From Vitrella brassicaformis CCMP3155 (Eukaryota; Protista; Chromerida), in NCBI GenBank assembly GCA_001179505.1, contig CDMY01000698.1, positions 62,001 through 126,000 on the forward strand: 64,000 nt of DNA, given 5' to 3'. The notes beneath the pieces are model-generated. The model was given only the letters and a program-made list of their open reading frames with translations, was not told where the DNA came from and did not search any database. This document shows, one piece after another, positions 1 to 13,025 of the stretch. Made by a program: the position numbers and the translations under genes. How positions within the stretch are numbered: position 1 is the first letter of the stretch; each line of letters begins with the position of its first letter.

Positions 1-809
1 GACTACCAGGTCATGCTCGTCTTCAACTACATCCACGCTGACGTCCCTGAGGAGAAGAAACAAGGTCCGTCTGCAAACCCGTCCGTGTGTGTGCGGGATG
101 TGTTGGTTTGGCGTGCACTCCACAAACTGACTGTGTGTGTGTGTTGATGGCTGATCTGAAAGCTGAGATCCGTCTCGAGTGCGAGGTGACGACGGCGACA
201 TCGACCCTGATCGAGTGCACCACCCCGTCCTTGTGCGACTACGCCTACCCCACCCGCAGCGTCTACACCAACGGCGAGGAGGCCGCACAGGAGATCTGCG
301 AGAGGGGACTCTTCGTCCAGGGAGCTATCAACGTCAATGTCAACGGCATCAAGGTCACCCTCCCTCCCTCATGCACACACACTCACACGAACACGCATTG
401 AGACGGCAGGATGGATGGATGGATGTGTGGGTGGGTGGGTGTGATTGCAGCCCAAGTGCAAAGACGCCAATGGCTGTGAGTTCAAGTACGCGGCTTCCCA
501 GGCCAACGAGCTGACGTCCATCAGCCCCAAGAAGGGCAAAGCCGGAGACACCATCACACTCACCGCAAAACTCGCATCGGGTACCCACAACACATACACA
601 CACATGCATGTGGGTAGATCCATGTCTCCATTCCTCTCTGCGTGTGGGCAGGCTCCAAGAAGAAGTCCGGTGCGAAGCTCCTGCTCGGTGAGAGTGTGGA
701 GGCCTCGTGCGCCGACGTCAGCCACAGCGGCGACCAGGCCACCGTCACCTGCACCATCCCACAGTACCCCGCCAGCCAGCTCCCCGTCACCCTCTGGATC
801 GAAGGCACG

Positions 810-845
<36 letters not shown>

Positions 846-3800
846 GCGCGCGCGCACATACACACACACACAGAGCACGAGACACAACAACACAGATGGC
901 AACTTTACCGTATCCTGTGTGCATCCATCATCCAGGTGACGGCTACGCCAAGGACAAGGGCGACGTGGCCTCTGACGGCTTCCTGAACGAGCTGCTTCTG
1001 ACGGACATCAAGCCCCGCCGCAGCAGCATGGAGGGCGGCCGCATCGTCACACTCACCGGCGAGGGCTTCAGCACAAACCCACAGGACAACATCGTCGAAG
1101 TCGGCGACGACGGCCGGATCTGCGAGGTGGTCGGCACCCCCACACACACGACCCTGCAGTGCAAGACGCCTACATACGGCAGCAAACCCAGCGGCGAGCA
1201 CCAGGCCGACATTAAGGTCCATGTGGTGGGCCAGGACACCTCCCTCATCACCGGCACCCCCGGCGCTCGCAGGAGACTGTCCTCCAGCCGTAATAAGCAG
1301 ACACAGACGGTGTGTTGATGTGTGTCATTTCCCTGTGTGCGTGCGTGTGCGCAGATTCGGTGCCCATCCACCCGTCGGACAAGATTCGCCGTCGCCTCAA
1401 GGAGCGTACTGGCGGTGTTGCGTCGCGCTTCCTGTTGGACAAGGCAGATCTGGACCACCAGCGCCACTCTGGCGTCGACATCGCCCTCGGCGGCGGCAGG
1501 AAGCTCAACACACACAACGCCCTCGGACACGAGGTCAGCAAAAGACCATGGGCGCGTACGTGTCAAGCTGCCTGTGGTGATGAATGTCTGTGTGTGTGTG
1601 TGTGTGCAGGAGGTTGCTGCCTGGACTCAGCATGCTGTGGATGTGCTCCGTGCTGAGCGGTCGGTGGTGGATGAGGCCACCTCTGCCGACGGTGTCCGCC
1701 GTTGCGAGGCCTCCGCCACCAATGCGTCCACCGCCATCACCATCCACAACTGGCACCAGGAGGACGTCGCATCAAGGCGCAGACGAAGACTCGCACGTAA
1801 GTCACCATGACTACTGACACACAACACACCCTGCACCCTGCCCATTCACGTGTGCGTGTTGTGGCAACACAATGGGTGCAGCGGAGACCTGGCCGGCTGA
1901 TCTGATAGCCGAGTCGTCCGAGTGCGGCACCCCCTGCCACTGCAAGGTCACCTACGCCAACGCCCTCACACCCGAGCTCTCGTCCGTCGCCCCAACCACC
2001 GGCACGTCCGGCACCGAGCTGGTCATCAAGGGCAGCGGACTCAAGTCCACCACACAGAGCCCCGTCACGGCTGACAACGCCTGCTCGGTGGCCGAGGATG
2101 GCGTGAGTGAGGACGACCAGAAGGTCATCGTGGGCGGGGAGGTGTGCACTCTCACCACCACTGGCGAGCCCGATGGCGAGCTCAAGTGCAACCTTGGCGA
2201 GACGCCTGCTGGTGAGGCAATCAGAGAGAGGGAGAGAGAGAGTTCGGCAGATAGAGGAAATGGCGGAGACGGTCCTTCTGCCTGTCTGTCTGTCTGCCTG
2301 TCTGTCTGTCTCGTGGGTGCAGGCGACCACATTGCGGAGGTGTACGTAGGAGGCAAAGGTCTGGCCTGGGGCAGCAGGACCATCACGTCCGAGCTCTCCG
2401 TCACAGCCCTCTTCACGGCAGCAGATGCATCAGTGGCCGGCGGGCAGCTCGTGACCGTCACCGGCAAGGGATTCAGCAAGACGCCTGCCCAGAACAAGAT
2501 CACCGTGTGTGGCCTCCTCTGTGAGCCCGAGGGCACCCCCACCTACACCGAGTCACGCTGCCGCGCCCCTGCCGTCCTCACCACCACCACCATGACACTC
2601 CTGCAGGCAAGACACGGAGCCGGGGTGCATGCGGTGGTATATCGGCTCGATGGTCCGTGTCTCTGTGTCTGCTTGTGTGCGTGCAGGATGATGGTGTGCA
2701 GCTGCCGAAGGTTGTGTTCCCCCACTCGTCGACGTTCAGCAGTAAGGCCAACCAGGGGTACCACGAGGGCCGCATCTTCGACAACGACCCGGAGACGTAC
2801 GGACACATCGAAATGGACGACAAGACCGCCACCTGCCGCGTCGGAATCGACATGGTCGGTACCGTACATCCCACTCGCCCCCCACCACACAAAGCAAAAC
2901 AACACGTTTCTCTGTCTGTCTGTCTCTGTGTGTCAGGGTGGCGATTCCAAGGGTTACCTGACGAACCTTGCCTTCTGGCCGCCCCACTCCCGTTGGGAGC
3001 GTGACTTCTTCAAGAATGGGGCCTTCCAATACTCGGACGACGGCACCACATGGACCACATTCCTCCAGCTGCCCGACGCCAGGCCGCAGGAGGGCTGGAA
3101 CGAGTATCGCGTCAGAGACTTCGTCGACGAGGCACCCGTCGTCGCCAGATACTTCTGGTAGGTACAGACAAGGACACGAGAAGAAAGGGACATGCGCACT
3201 CTGTCTGTGTGTGTAATGTCTCAGGTACCAATCGGCGACCTACCGGTGCAGCATCCACGACATCAAGCTGGAGGGTCACGTGGTGGCCGCCGCCGGCGAC
3301 TCGTGCCCCGCGACCGTCAAGGTGTCCCCCACTGGCAACTACGTCCAGGCTGCATCGACCCTCGCCGGCTGCTTCACCGTCAAGTACTCGACGGAGGGCA
3401 CCCCCCTGATTGAGAGCATCCAGCCCAAGTTCGGCTCGTCCCTTGGCGGCGACACCGTCACCATCACCGGCACACGACTCACACCTACTGGCAGCAGCGT
3501 ATGGATGGCTGGGCGCACAGACAGGGAGGCAGACACATATGTTGGGCGAATGGTGTGTGTGTGGTTGTGGTGATATCTGCAGGCTGAGCAGGATGCCGTT
3601 GTCAAGTTCAACGGTGTGGAGTGCACCGTGACCGGCCCCGCGACGACGTCGGGCGGCAAGGACACCCTCACGTGCACCACCAAAGCCAGAGACCCCCAAC
3701 AGATGCAAAGTCGGTGATCTCATCCAGACACCACACACCACACCACACCACACACCAGACACCACACGCCCTCTACCGGATGCATGTGTGTTGGCCTGGC

Positions 3801-6800
3801 AGCATTCTCGACGGACGTGTTGATCAAGGGCCGCGGTCAGGCGATGGTCAAGTCGCCCGAGACAGTCTTCTTCCGCTACCTCGATAAGTGGTCTGACGTG
3901 CGCACATGGAAGGACTTCGAGGAGCCCGCCGAGAACGACTTTGTCGTCATTCCTGACGGACAGGCCGTCCTTCTTGTAAATCACACAGCCACAGAAACAC
4001 CGGCCGGTCTGTGTCTCTATCATGCGTCTCTGTTCGTGTGATGGTGCTCTCTCAGGACATGTCGCCGCCTAAGCTGGAGATGCTTCTGATCCACGGCATG
4101 TTTGTGTGGGACAGGCAGGACCTGAAGCTCGAGGCCACCTACATCTGGGTCAGCGGCGGCATCTGGTAAGCGATTGAATGAACGCAGGAGTCACAAAGCC
4201 ACAACAACCACCCACCACACACGCGATGCAGCGAATATTGGGTGTCTTGATGTGTGCAGGGAGCTGGGCACTGAGGCCGAGCCCTTCGTCAACAACGCCG
4301 AGATCATCCTGCACGGTGACAAGTGGACGACGATCGAGATGCCCCGCATCGGCAACAAAATGCTGGCCACCTCGCCCAACCGATCCATCGGCAGGCTCGG
4401 ACAGATGGACATCCACGGCAAGGTCCGTCAGCGCGTCTGGACCTTCCTCGCAGAAACTGCTCTCAAGGGTGGGAGACAACGACTTTGCCTCTCTCTTCGT
4501 TCAATGTTTTCATCCTTGTGTGCCTTCTGTCTGTCTCATGATCATTCAGGTGCGACCACTCTGAAGCTGCGCGAGCCTGTGGACTGGGTTGAGGACGAGC
4601 GCATTCTCGTTACGTCCTCGGCCGGCCTGGGCCAGATCGAGGAGTCCACCGTGCTGTCATCCAGCGGCACCACCGTCACGCTCAAGACACCACTCAAGCA
4701 CGACCACAAGGTCGACACGTTCGCCGGAGGCTCGTATGGCTTCCCCGACACCGTCATGACGTGCGAGGTCGCCCTGCTTTCCAGAAACATTAAGATCCAT
4801 GGCGACTACAACTCCAAGAAACAGGTAGTAATGAGAAGAGAACGCTCGAGAGAGAGGCGCAAGCATGGTAATGTGTCTCTGTGGTCTCTGTGTGTGTGTC
4901 AGAAATACGGAGTCCACACGATGGCTGCCGTGGGTGCCCTCCAGCGTTTCGAGAACGCCGAGGTGTTCCACTGCGGTCAGCAGGGCAACCTGGGCCGCTA
5001 CTGCACGCACTTCCACCTGTCGTCCATCCTGCACGACGGCTACGTCAAGGCCAACTCGATCCACCACTCCTTCCAGCGCGCCGTGACGATTCACGGCGTG
5101 TGGTACGCCAAGATTACCGACAACGTGGCCTACGACGTCGCGGGCCACACCATCTTCGTCGAGGACGGTGCCGAGAAGTGGAACAGGATCGAGGGCAACC
5201 TCGTGGCGCTCACGCGCAAGAACCCCGTCATGCTTTCATCCGACATGAAGCCCGCCAACTTCTGGCAGCAGATACCCACCAACTACTGGCGCCACAACGT
5301 CGCAGCCGGCTCGGTGGCTTTCGGTTTCTGGTTTGAGCTGACAGGCCGCCCCACCGGCCCCTCCCGCACCATGGATCTCTGCCCGTTCAACGAGCACATT
5401 GGCGAGTTCAAGAACAACTCTGCCCACAGCAGCAGCATCGGTCTGCGCATCTACCCCGGGTGGAACCCCAAGGAGTCGCCGTGTGGGGGCCCCAAGACCA
5501 AGCCCCAGTACCTCGAGGGCCTCGTGGCCTACCACAACGGACTCGGCGTCTTCCACGGAACTGTCAGCAAGCAACGAGAGAGACACGGAGACACGATATA
5601 TCGAGCAAAGTGAGTGAGTGTGTGTGTTTCTGCGTCAGGTTGGTGATGCGCACCATCACGACTATCGTCTGGTGGAGAACGGCGGAGCGCTCGAGTGGAA
5701 GAAGATGAACGAGGATGTGGGCGTCCACTCGCCGCCCCACTTCTACCACGTGCTGGCGGTGGGCAAGCAGAGCGGCACCGGCGGCAGGGGGTTCCTCATG
5801 CCGCAGAAGGAGTTCTGGAACATGGAGGACGGCACATTCGTCAACTACGGAGACAACTGGGCACTGAGTAAGCCGCCTAAACCTCACTCACACACACGTG
5901 CACCTCTCACTTGTTGTGTGTCTTTGTGTTTGCCAGAGCCGTGCATGTCTTGCCTGTCTGACACGAACATGGCGCAGGGTGCCTTCACGTACCGTTTCAA
6001 GAACATGAAGTTCCACAACTCCAGCAGACGCGTCGAGTGGACACTCAAGGACATCCTCTGGGATCTCGACGGCTCTCTCACCGACAAGGGACCAGACAGT
6101 TTCGCCACCCCCTACTATGCCTTCAACGACCGTGGCGCCTGCCAGCAGATTCAGGGCGTCAGGTACTCAGACGGTCTCACCTGCACTAATGCCATCAGGT
6201 ACCTCACTGAGCGAGACACACAGATAGGATAGCCACACACAGGGCCGCCCAGACTCATGTCACGTCTGGCTTGGCTTCTGTGCACTGACTGACACACCTG
6301 TGCAGGAAGGTGAAGTTCTACAGCATGGAGCCACGCGAGCTCATGTGGCGTGACATGAAGTTGTTCGGCGCTGACAACTGGCTGGCGGCCCCGACGGACG
6401 ACAAGACTGACCGCATCCCCTACATGCCCAAAGGTGAGCAACACACACAAACCAAACAAGGGAGGGTGTTGGCGTCTGGCTGGATTCCATGCGTTGCTAT
6501 TCCCCTGATTTCAGACTTCAGCGGTTGGGCCGTGCCGATGCAGTCCGAGGGATACTACAACATGACCTGGGCTTCCAAGTAAGTGGGCGATTTGCGTCCA
6601 TTCCATGGACGAGTGTGTGTGTGTGTGTGTGTTCATTGTGTGTTCATCTGATCTGCCATCATCATTCATCTGTCTCCCCGTCTGTGTGTGTGTGTGTGTG
6701 TAGGATGAACGGCAACTTCCGCCAGTACAGGCTCAAGTACTCCATCCCGCCATACGTCGAACTCTACAAGAACAACACCAAAAGAGACGAATTCATGGGT

Positions 6801-9800
6801 CAGTGCACACCACACGCGCACACACAAAATCAAAAGGTGCGTCTGTCTCCCTGCCTGTGTCATTTATCACAGGTTTGCAAACCTTCTGGGACAACTGGCG
6901 CGACCACTTCCTCGTGACGGTCCCCGCCAAGTTCTACGACGACGACATCTACACCGAGTGGTCGGAGGCCACTCTCGACAATGTGCAGGAGTCCCGCTAC
7001 GACCGCATCCAGCCCCTCGCCAGCAAGGCCGAGGACCACGACGCCATCACTCGTATCATCGGACTGGAAAAGGATCTCAGGAACGGAGACATCACCGAGA
7101 CACGATTCAATGCGCCCATCACCGAGCTCACCAAGGGTGCGTGGGCTGACCGACACACACGCACGGGAGAGAAGGTCGCATACACGTGTCTGTGCGTGCT
7201 CGTGTGTGCAGACATGCCGTTCGGTACCCACATGCTGCCTGGCGGCCGCAACCACAACGGCACCTTCGCCATCATGATCAACACCGCCAAGACATACCAG
7301 GAGGGTCAGCAAAAAGATCCCTTCTTGCGGCCCCAGCAGCTAGCAGAACTCACAATTCTCCCTCCCTCCCTCCGTCCCGTGTGTGTCTTAAGGTGCGATC
7401 AAGGACCAGAAGGATCCCTTCAGCTTTGCGGTCAAGGCCCGTCAGTGCCTGGAGACGGGGTGCCCCCGTGTGACCGACGGCGACTGGGGCGACACCCGCT
7501 ACCCCTGGTCCGACCCCGACTCATGGGTCGGCGGCCCCGAGAGCGAGGGGTACATGCAAACCAAGCCACCCCAAGGGAGGCCCACAGAGCGGCGACCCGC
7601 TGGTCATCCCCTCCACACGATGGATCTTCATCGACGACAAGGCCGTCCTCCCAGACACGCCATTCGCTGAGATCGATGTCAAGGGTGAGGAAAGAGGGTC
7701 GTAGGCAGGGAGGGAGGGGGGCGGAGACACACACACACACACACACATGTCTCCGTGTGTGAAGGTTTCCTAGAGATCAACGAGGCTTTCCTGAAGAAGG
7801 ATGTGACGCTTAAGGCCAAGAACATGCGAGCGTCTGGCCGTCTGGACGTCGACTACCGCAACGACTCCGACCACACCGCCATCATCGAGCTGCACGGCAC
7901 CGACAACGACAAATCCATCACGCCATACGCCGAGGACGTCTGGTCAGTCAGCCAGCCACCGATAGATATCCAACGTGAGGAGAAGACGACTTATCCGTGT
8001 CGTGTGTGTCTGCCCACAGGCTTGGCAACAAGGGCATGGCCATAGCAGGTCAGCTGAACCTGTTTGGCTCGCCCGTGACGTCCTGGAGGAAGCTTGACCG
8101 CACGGCCAACATCGGAGACACCGAGATACACGTGCAGGGCCTCACCCAGCGGTGGAAGGCCCAGGACAAGCTTGCAATCGGCTCCACCGAGTACAAGTGG
8201 GACCAGGTCGAACACGTCACCATCTCAGGTGAGTGATCGAGACACACACACAGACACACAGGGCGATCGGATATACACATGTCTCTCTCTGCATGTGTGG
8301 GTGACCAAGGTGTGAGCCAGGAGGGCAATGTGACCAAGGTGACCCTGACAGAGGGCCTCAAGTATCGCCACTTCGCCGGCGTGGAGACACTCACTGACGG
8401 CAATGGCAACACGCGCACTGTGGAGCTGAGGGCGCCCGTGGGCCTGCTGACTCGCAATGTGGTGGTCAAGGGCGTGCAGACCTCGCCTCAGGACGTCTTT
8501 GGCGCACACGTGTCCGTCGTGGCCATCAGTGGCAAGGACGCCGACCAGGGCACCATGTAGGCAGCCAGGGTAGCACTTTGGCTACTGGGTGGGCCATACG
8601 TATCACTTTGTGGGTGGTTTGTCGGTTGTCTGTCATGCATCAGGTGGTACAAGTACGGCCACATCCAAGCCAAGTACGCCCACTTCGAGAACATGGGTAC
8701 GAGCAACAAAAGCACAGAAACCAAAATGGCGAGAGCGTATTTGTGATCCCTTCCTTGCCGCTTTCTTACAGGCAAGCAGTCTCTGCCGTGGGCGGCGCTG
8801 AACTTCGAGTACCACCTGAAGGAGGGCGACAGCGAGGCGGACGCGCAGCAGGAGGTTGAGATGAACGTCGTGCAGGGCTGCTCATTCACTCTCCTCAACT
8901 ACGGCACCATCCTGCGGGCCATCAAGAACGTCCGACTCGACAACAACGTCTACTACAGAGGATACAAACAGACCGTCGAGGCCTGGAACGACGCGCAGGG
9001 CAACTACATCACGGTAGGCATGGAGAGACACACACGCACAGGGGACGTTTGAGTATGTGGCCGATCTGTGTGTGTGTCTGTGTTGGTTTAGAACAACATG
9101 GTTGTGGGCACCTGGCGAGACCCCGAGGAGACTCTCGACTGGCTCATCACATACGCATCATTCTACCTCCAATCCAAGTCAGCCAGGGAAGGAGGGAGGG
9201 GGATCGATCCATTCACGCTGGCACGGTGTCCTGTGCTGCTATGCAGGCAAGCTGAGGTGTCTGGCAACATCGCCTCCGGCTCACAGGACACTGGATTCCT
9301 TGTGGTCGCCGACGACTGCGGAGCCGGTACTGCAGGACACAAAGAAGAGCTCTGACCAGCCAGCCATCTCCCACACACGGCCATGTGTGTGTCTCTGCTT
9401 TGCTGCTCCTCAGTGCCCACTGTGTTTGACAACGAGGTCGTTGGCGCGATCATCGGCGCGTGGATGTGGCCTGAGCACGGCACGGGCGGCAGCGGCCCGA
9501 CGGGCAACCAGTGCAAGGTCATGCAGCGCTGGACCATCTGGAAGGCCGCACACGTGGGGCTGCTCATCGTCGACACCGGTGCCGACATCGAAGTCAACAA
9601 TGTGGTCGTGGCCGACTCACATATCGGCATCTCGCTCAACTACGTCCACTACACCTCCATCCAGTACACCACCGTCAAGAACGCCATTCTCATGGGAACC
9701 ACCGCAGCCTCCGCCGACTCTACGTGCGACACTTGCCTGGTGGGTACCCCACACACGCAGATCGACTAGGATGGTCGCTGAATGGACTCTATCGCTGTGT

Positions 9801-12362
9801 GTGTGTCGGGTTCTGTGTGTACAGGCCTTCACGAAGGGCGATGTGATCCCCAACGGCTGCAACTCTGTCTTCGCCGGGCCCGAGTTCACCCCTCTCACGG
9901 GCGAGAGAGTCAGACGCGTCGGCTTCCAGACCATCCAAAAGGTAACCAACCACACACACGCACACAGCGATCATGTCTCATCCCTCTATCTGACCGACTC
10001 TCACGCAGACGAACCGCGCCAAGACGTGCATCATGGATGTGGGTCTCAATGCTGGCGAGGGCGGGATGGACTGCCGCCCCCCCACTGTGCCCGAGCGCAT
10101 GTGCTCGCCACCCTGGGAGCGCCGCTGCGGTGTGCGCGGCGGCATGTACGCCCACGTCGACTTCGACAACACCGTGTTCGCCCACTTCAAGGAGAGCGAG
10201 TGCGGTGGGCAGAAGGCATACGCCATCGCTCACAACCCCACACAGCCCGATTACACTCCCGACATGGCCTTCAGCAAGACCAAGTGGATTGATACAGGTC
10301 AGCTAGTGCAAAGCCTCCCATCTATATCTCGAGTCTCCATTTGTTGGTGCCTGTCAATTGGGTCACTGCAGATGAGCGGGCCAAGTTCCGTCTGGACACT
10401 CGTGCGGGTGCGCAGGGCTGCCAGGCCGGGCACAAGACCCCCGCCGTGTGCGACGCCGTGCAGCTGGCGTACGGCCACGATCTCGACGGCACTCTGCTGG
10501 GCCAGGGCACCCCCGGCCTCTTCACGCCCAAGGAGGGTGTGGCAGTGGTGGACAACACCCCCGTGTGTGACGACCTCACGGACATGGGACTCAAGTTCTG
10601 CCCTGACCTCAAGTTCAGGTGGTTCAGCGTCTACTCGATGGACGCCGACAGCGGCAGCCGCACTTTCGTCCCCATGGTGGTCTCACGCACACTGCCCGGC
10701 ACCACCGAGGTCAAGGAATTTGCCGCACAGGGAATGCTCGCCGACATGTGCGCCAAGCGGTACGATTCGAGCGAAGCTGGACAGAGGAAGAGGGAGAGAG
10801 GGCGGGCAGCAGTTCGTATGGGTGTTTGTGTGTGCTCCCTTGCTTGTCAGGATGCCGTTCGGTCTGATCCAGGCGCCGCTGGTGCCCAACCGCGAGTACA
10901 ACATCACGTTCCTGGGCACAGCGCCCAACTCGCTGCGTCTGCACTACATGTCGCCCGACCCCTCGGAGAAGATCCTGCTCAACATCTTCTACCGCGACCC
11001 CATCAAGCGACACGTCTTCGTCAACGGCCAGCCCCGCGACAAGAACCTCGCCTACACGACTAAGCCTGAGATGACCGACCCCCATGGCGCCAACGCGCTC
11101 AACCCGCAGCTGAGACGCTTCCACATCGTTATGCAGGGAGGCAGCAACGCCGAGTTCGGTATGCGACAATGAATGAGATAAGGAGAGACAGCGATGGGTT
11201 GTCATGCTTGGCGTGTGATGTGTGTGTGTGCAGGGAGGAACTACATCGACGTTCGCACGACCAACATAGTGCAGCTCAACATGAAGCTGGACGTGCCCAT
11301 CGCGGACTTCGACGACACGAACCGCAACAGGATGACCAACAACATCGCCACCCTGCTCGAAATCCCCCCCGAGCGCATCAAGGTCGCCGACGTGCAGCCC
11401 CTCGTCTCACGCAGACTCCACGCCACAGTCTACCACGCTGGCGGCCGGTCCCTCACCTCACTCGTCCACGGGCTGGCCCGCCGTCTGTCTGGCAGTGAGG
11501 CGAGTGACGTCAAGGTGATTATCAGCCCTGAAGGCGAGACTCCTCCCGACCAGGAGAGCTACGACATCCAGCTGGCCAACATGCGCCTGAAGGAGGAGGC
11601 CTTCCGCAACAACACCGACACCCTCAAGGGCCAGATGGCCACACAAGGCATGCCCGTCCTCGCCGTCGCCTCAATCCCCCCCAGCCACTGCGCCACGGGT
11701 GACTGCCCGCCCCCGCCCTTCGCGCCTCAGACGGTCATGATGCCCGAGGACAAGAACACTCTCCCCAACACACTCGGCGGCACCATCTACGTCACGCGGG
11801 CGCAGGACGAGGCGGGCGTCATGTCCTACCTCCTGAGGTGGGGCGACGCACAGAAGCGGCCCCTCCAGCCGCTCCTCATGAACATCATCGCCGACATTCC
11901 CTCGCACGCCACCGGCCGGGCCGTGGGAGAGGGCGTCACCACCATCACACACGCCATCAGCAACCTCACGTAAGCCACCCGAGAGACACATGCCGATGGA
12001 TTCGTCCATGTCTGCCTCTCTCCGCTTGCGTCTTTCCGCAGTATCCCTGCTGGCGCCAGCTACATTTTGGCCTTCACGAAGAAAGGAAGCCCAAGTTCAC
12101 GCCGACCGGTCTTCAATCCAAGGTTGGCGAGTCGGCCGTGGCGGGAGACGTCAAGCGGGGCGCCCAGCGTGCCACCGATGACTCCCTCCAGGAGGCCGAC
12201 ATCAAGGCCATGCCGGCAAGCAAGGGAGACGAAAAATGGAACGATGTCTACCGCCGATACTTCTCATGGGTGAGCAAGCAGGACGCCAACCAGGCTGGAA
12301 CGGCCAGCGAGCGCCAGCCAATCACACCCAAGCCCCAGAACTACGGCAAAACACGACAGTGA
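1..12362 (+). CDS. Fibrocystin-L/PKHD1L1-like giant extracellular protein (5' end outside the window; about 38 introns): IPT/TIG repeats, discoidin/galactose-binding-like module, two G8 domains each followed by a parallel beta-helix region
   Basis: Exons join in phase via GT/GC-AG. TIG motifs (SISPKKGKAGDTITL, SVAPTTGTSGTELVIKG, SIQPKFGSSLGGDTVTITG). G8 #1 (KWSDVRTW..P.ENDFVVIPDGQAVLLD...ELGTEAEPF) and G8 #2 (WSDPDSW...SGDPLVIPSTRWIFID). Beta-helix core FHCGQQGNLGRYCTHFHL...IHHSFQRAVTIHG...GHTIFVEDGAE. Two 1-nt frame breaks (about 7570 and 12090). Stop TGA at 12360-12362. Confidence 0.85.
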
Positions 12363-13025
12363 TGGGATGGGACTAGTTGGTGATGAAGTAGACGTCTCTC
12401 TTTCTGTCGATTGTGTAGAGTACTTACTGTATTCATCTCTCTATCTGTAGCGCCGTCCTTTATTCGTAGCACTGTAGCCCCTCCCCCGTTCGCTTCTTTG
12501 CTCGGTTGCTGGTATTTGGTCCGTCCAGTTGGTCTGTCCTGTAGCTGATGCATGGATGAATGTGTGTACTCCTCTCTGCTCTGCTCTGCTCTTTGTCTGT
12601 CCGTCTGTTTGACCAGATTTGACTGCACTGCACTGCACTCCACTGGACTAGTGGTGCGTACGTGTTGCAACTGTGCTGATTGTTGTTTGGACTACTGACC
12701 TTCGTCTGACGTCCCCATAGATATCCGCGTGATTGCCGAATCGAACCAGGCAACTACATGGCTGCATCGCTGCATTTCTTTCCAAGTCTGTGGACAGATT
12801 GAGAGGAACACTTGGTCAAGTGTCCAGAATGCACTCATGCACTACATCGATCACTCAGTCGATCGAGGGCACATTGTGTCCACAGTGATATATCTCTCAT
12901 TGCAAAGTCACAATCGCCACACAAACCAAAAATATTGAATAGAGCGTCCACGGGAGACACAATTTAAAGGCGCAGATACTGCTTATCCACCGAAGCCAAA
13001 CGGGCAAGACTCCCTCTCACGAGGC

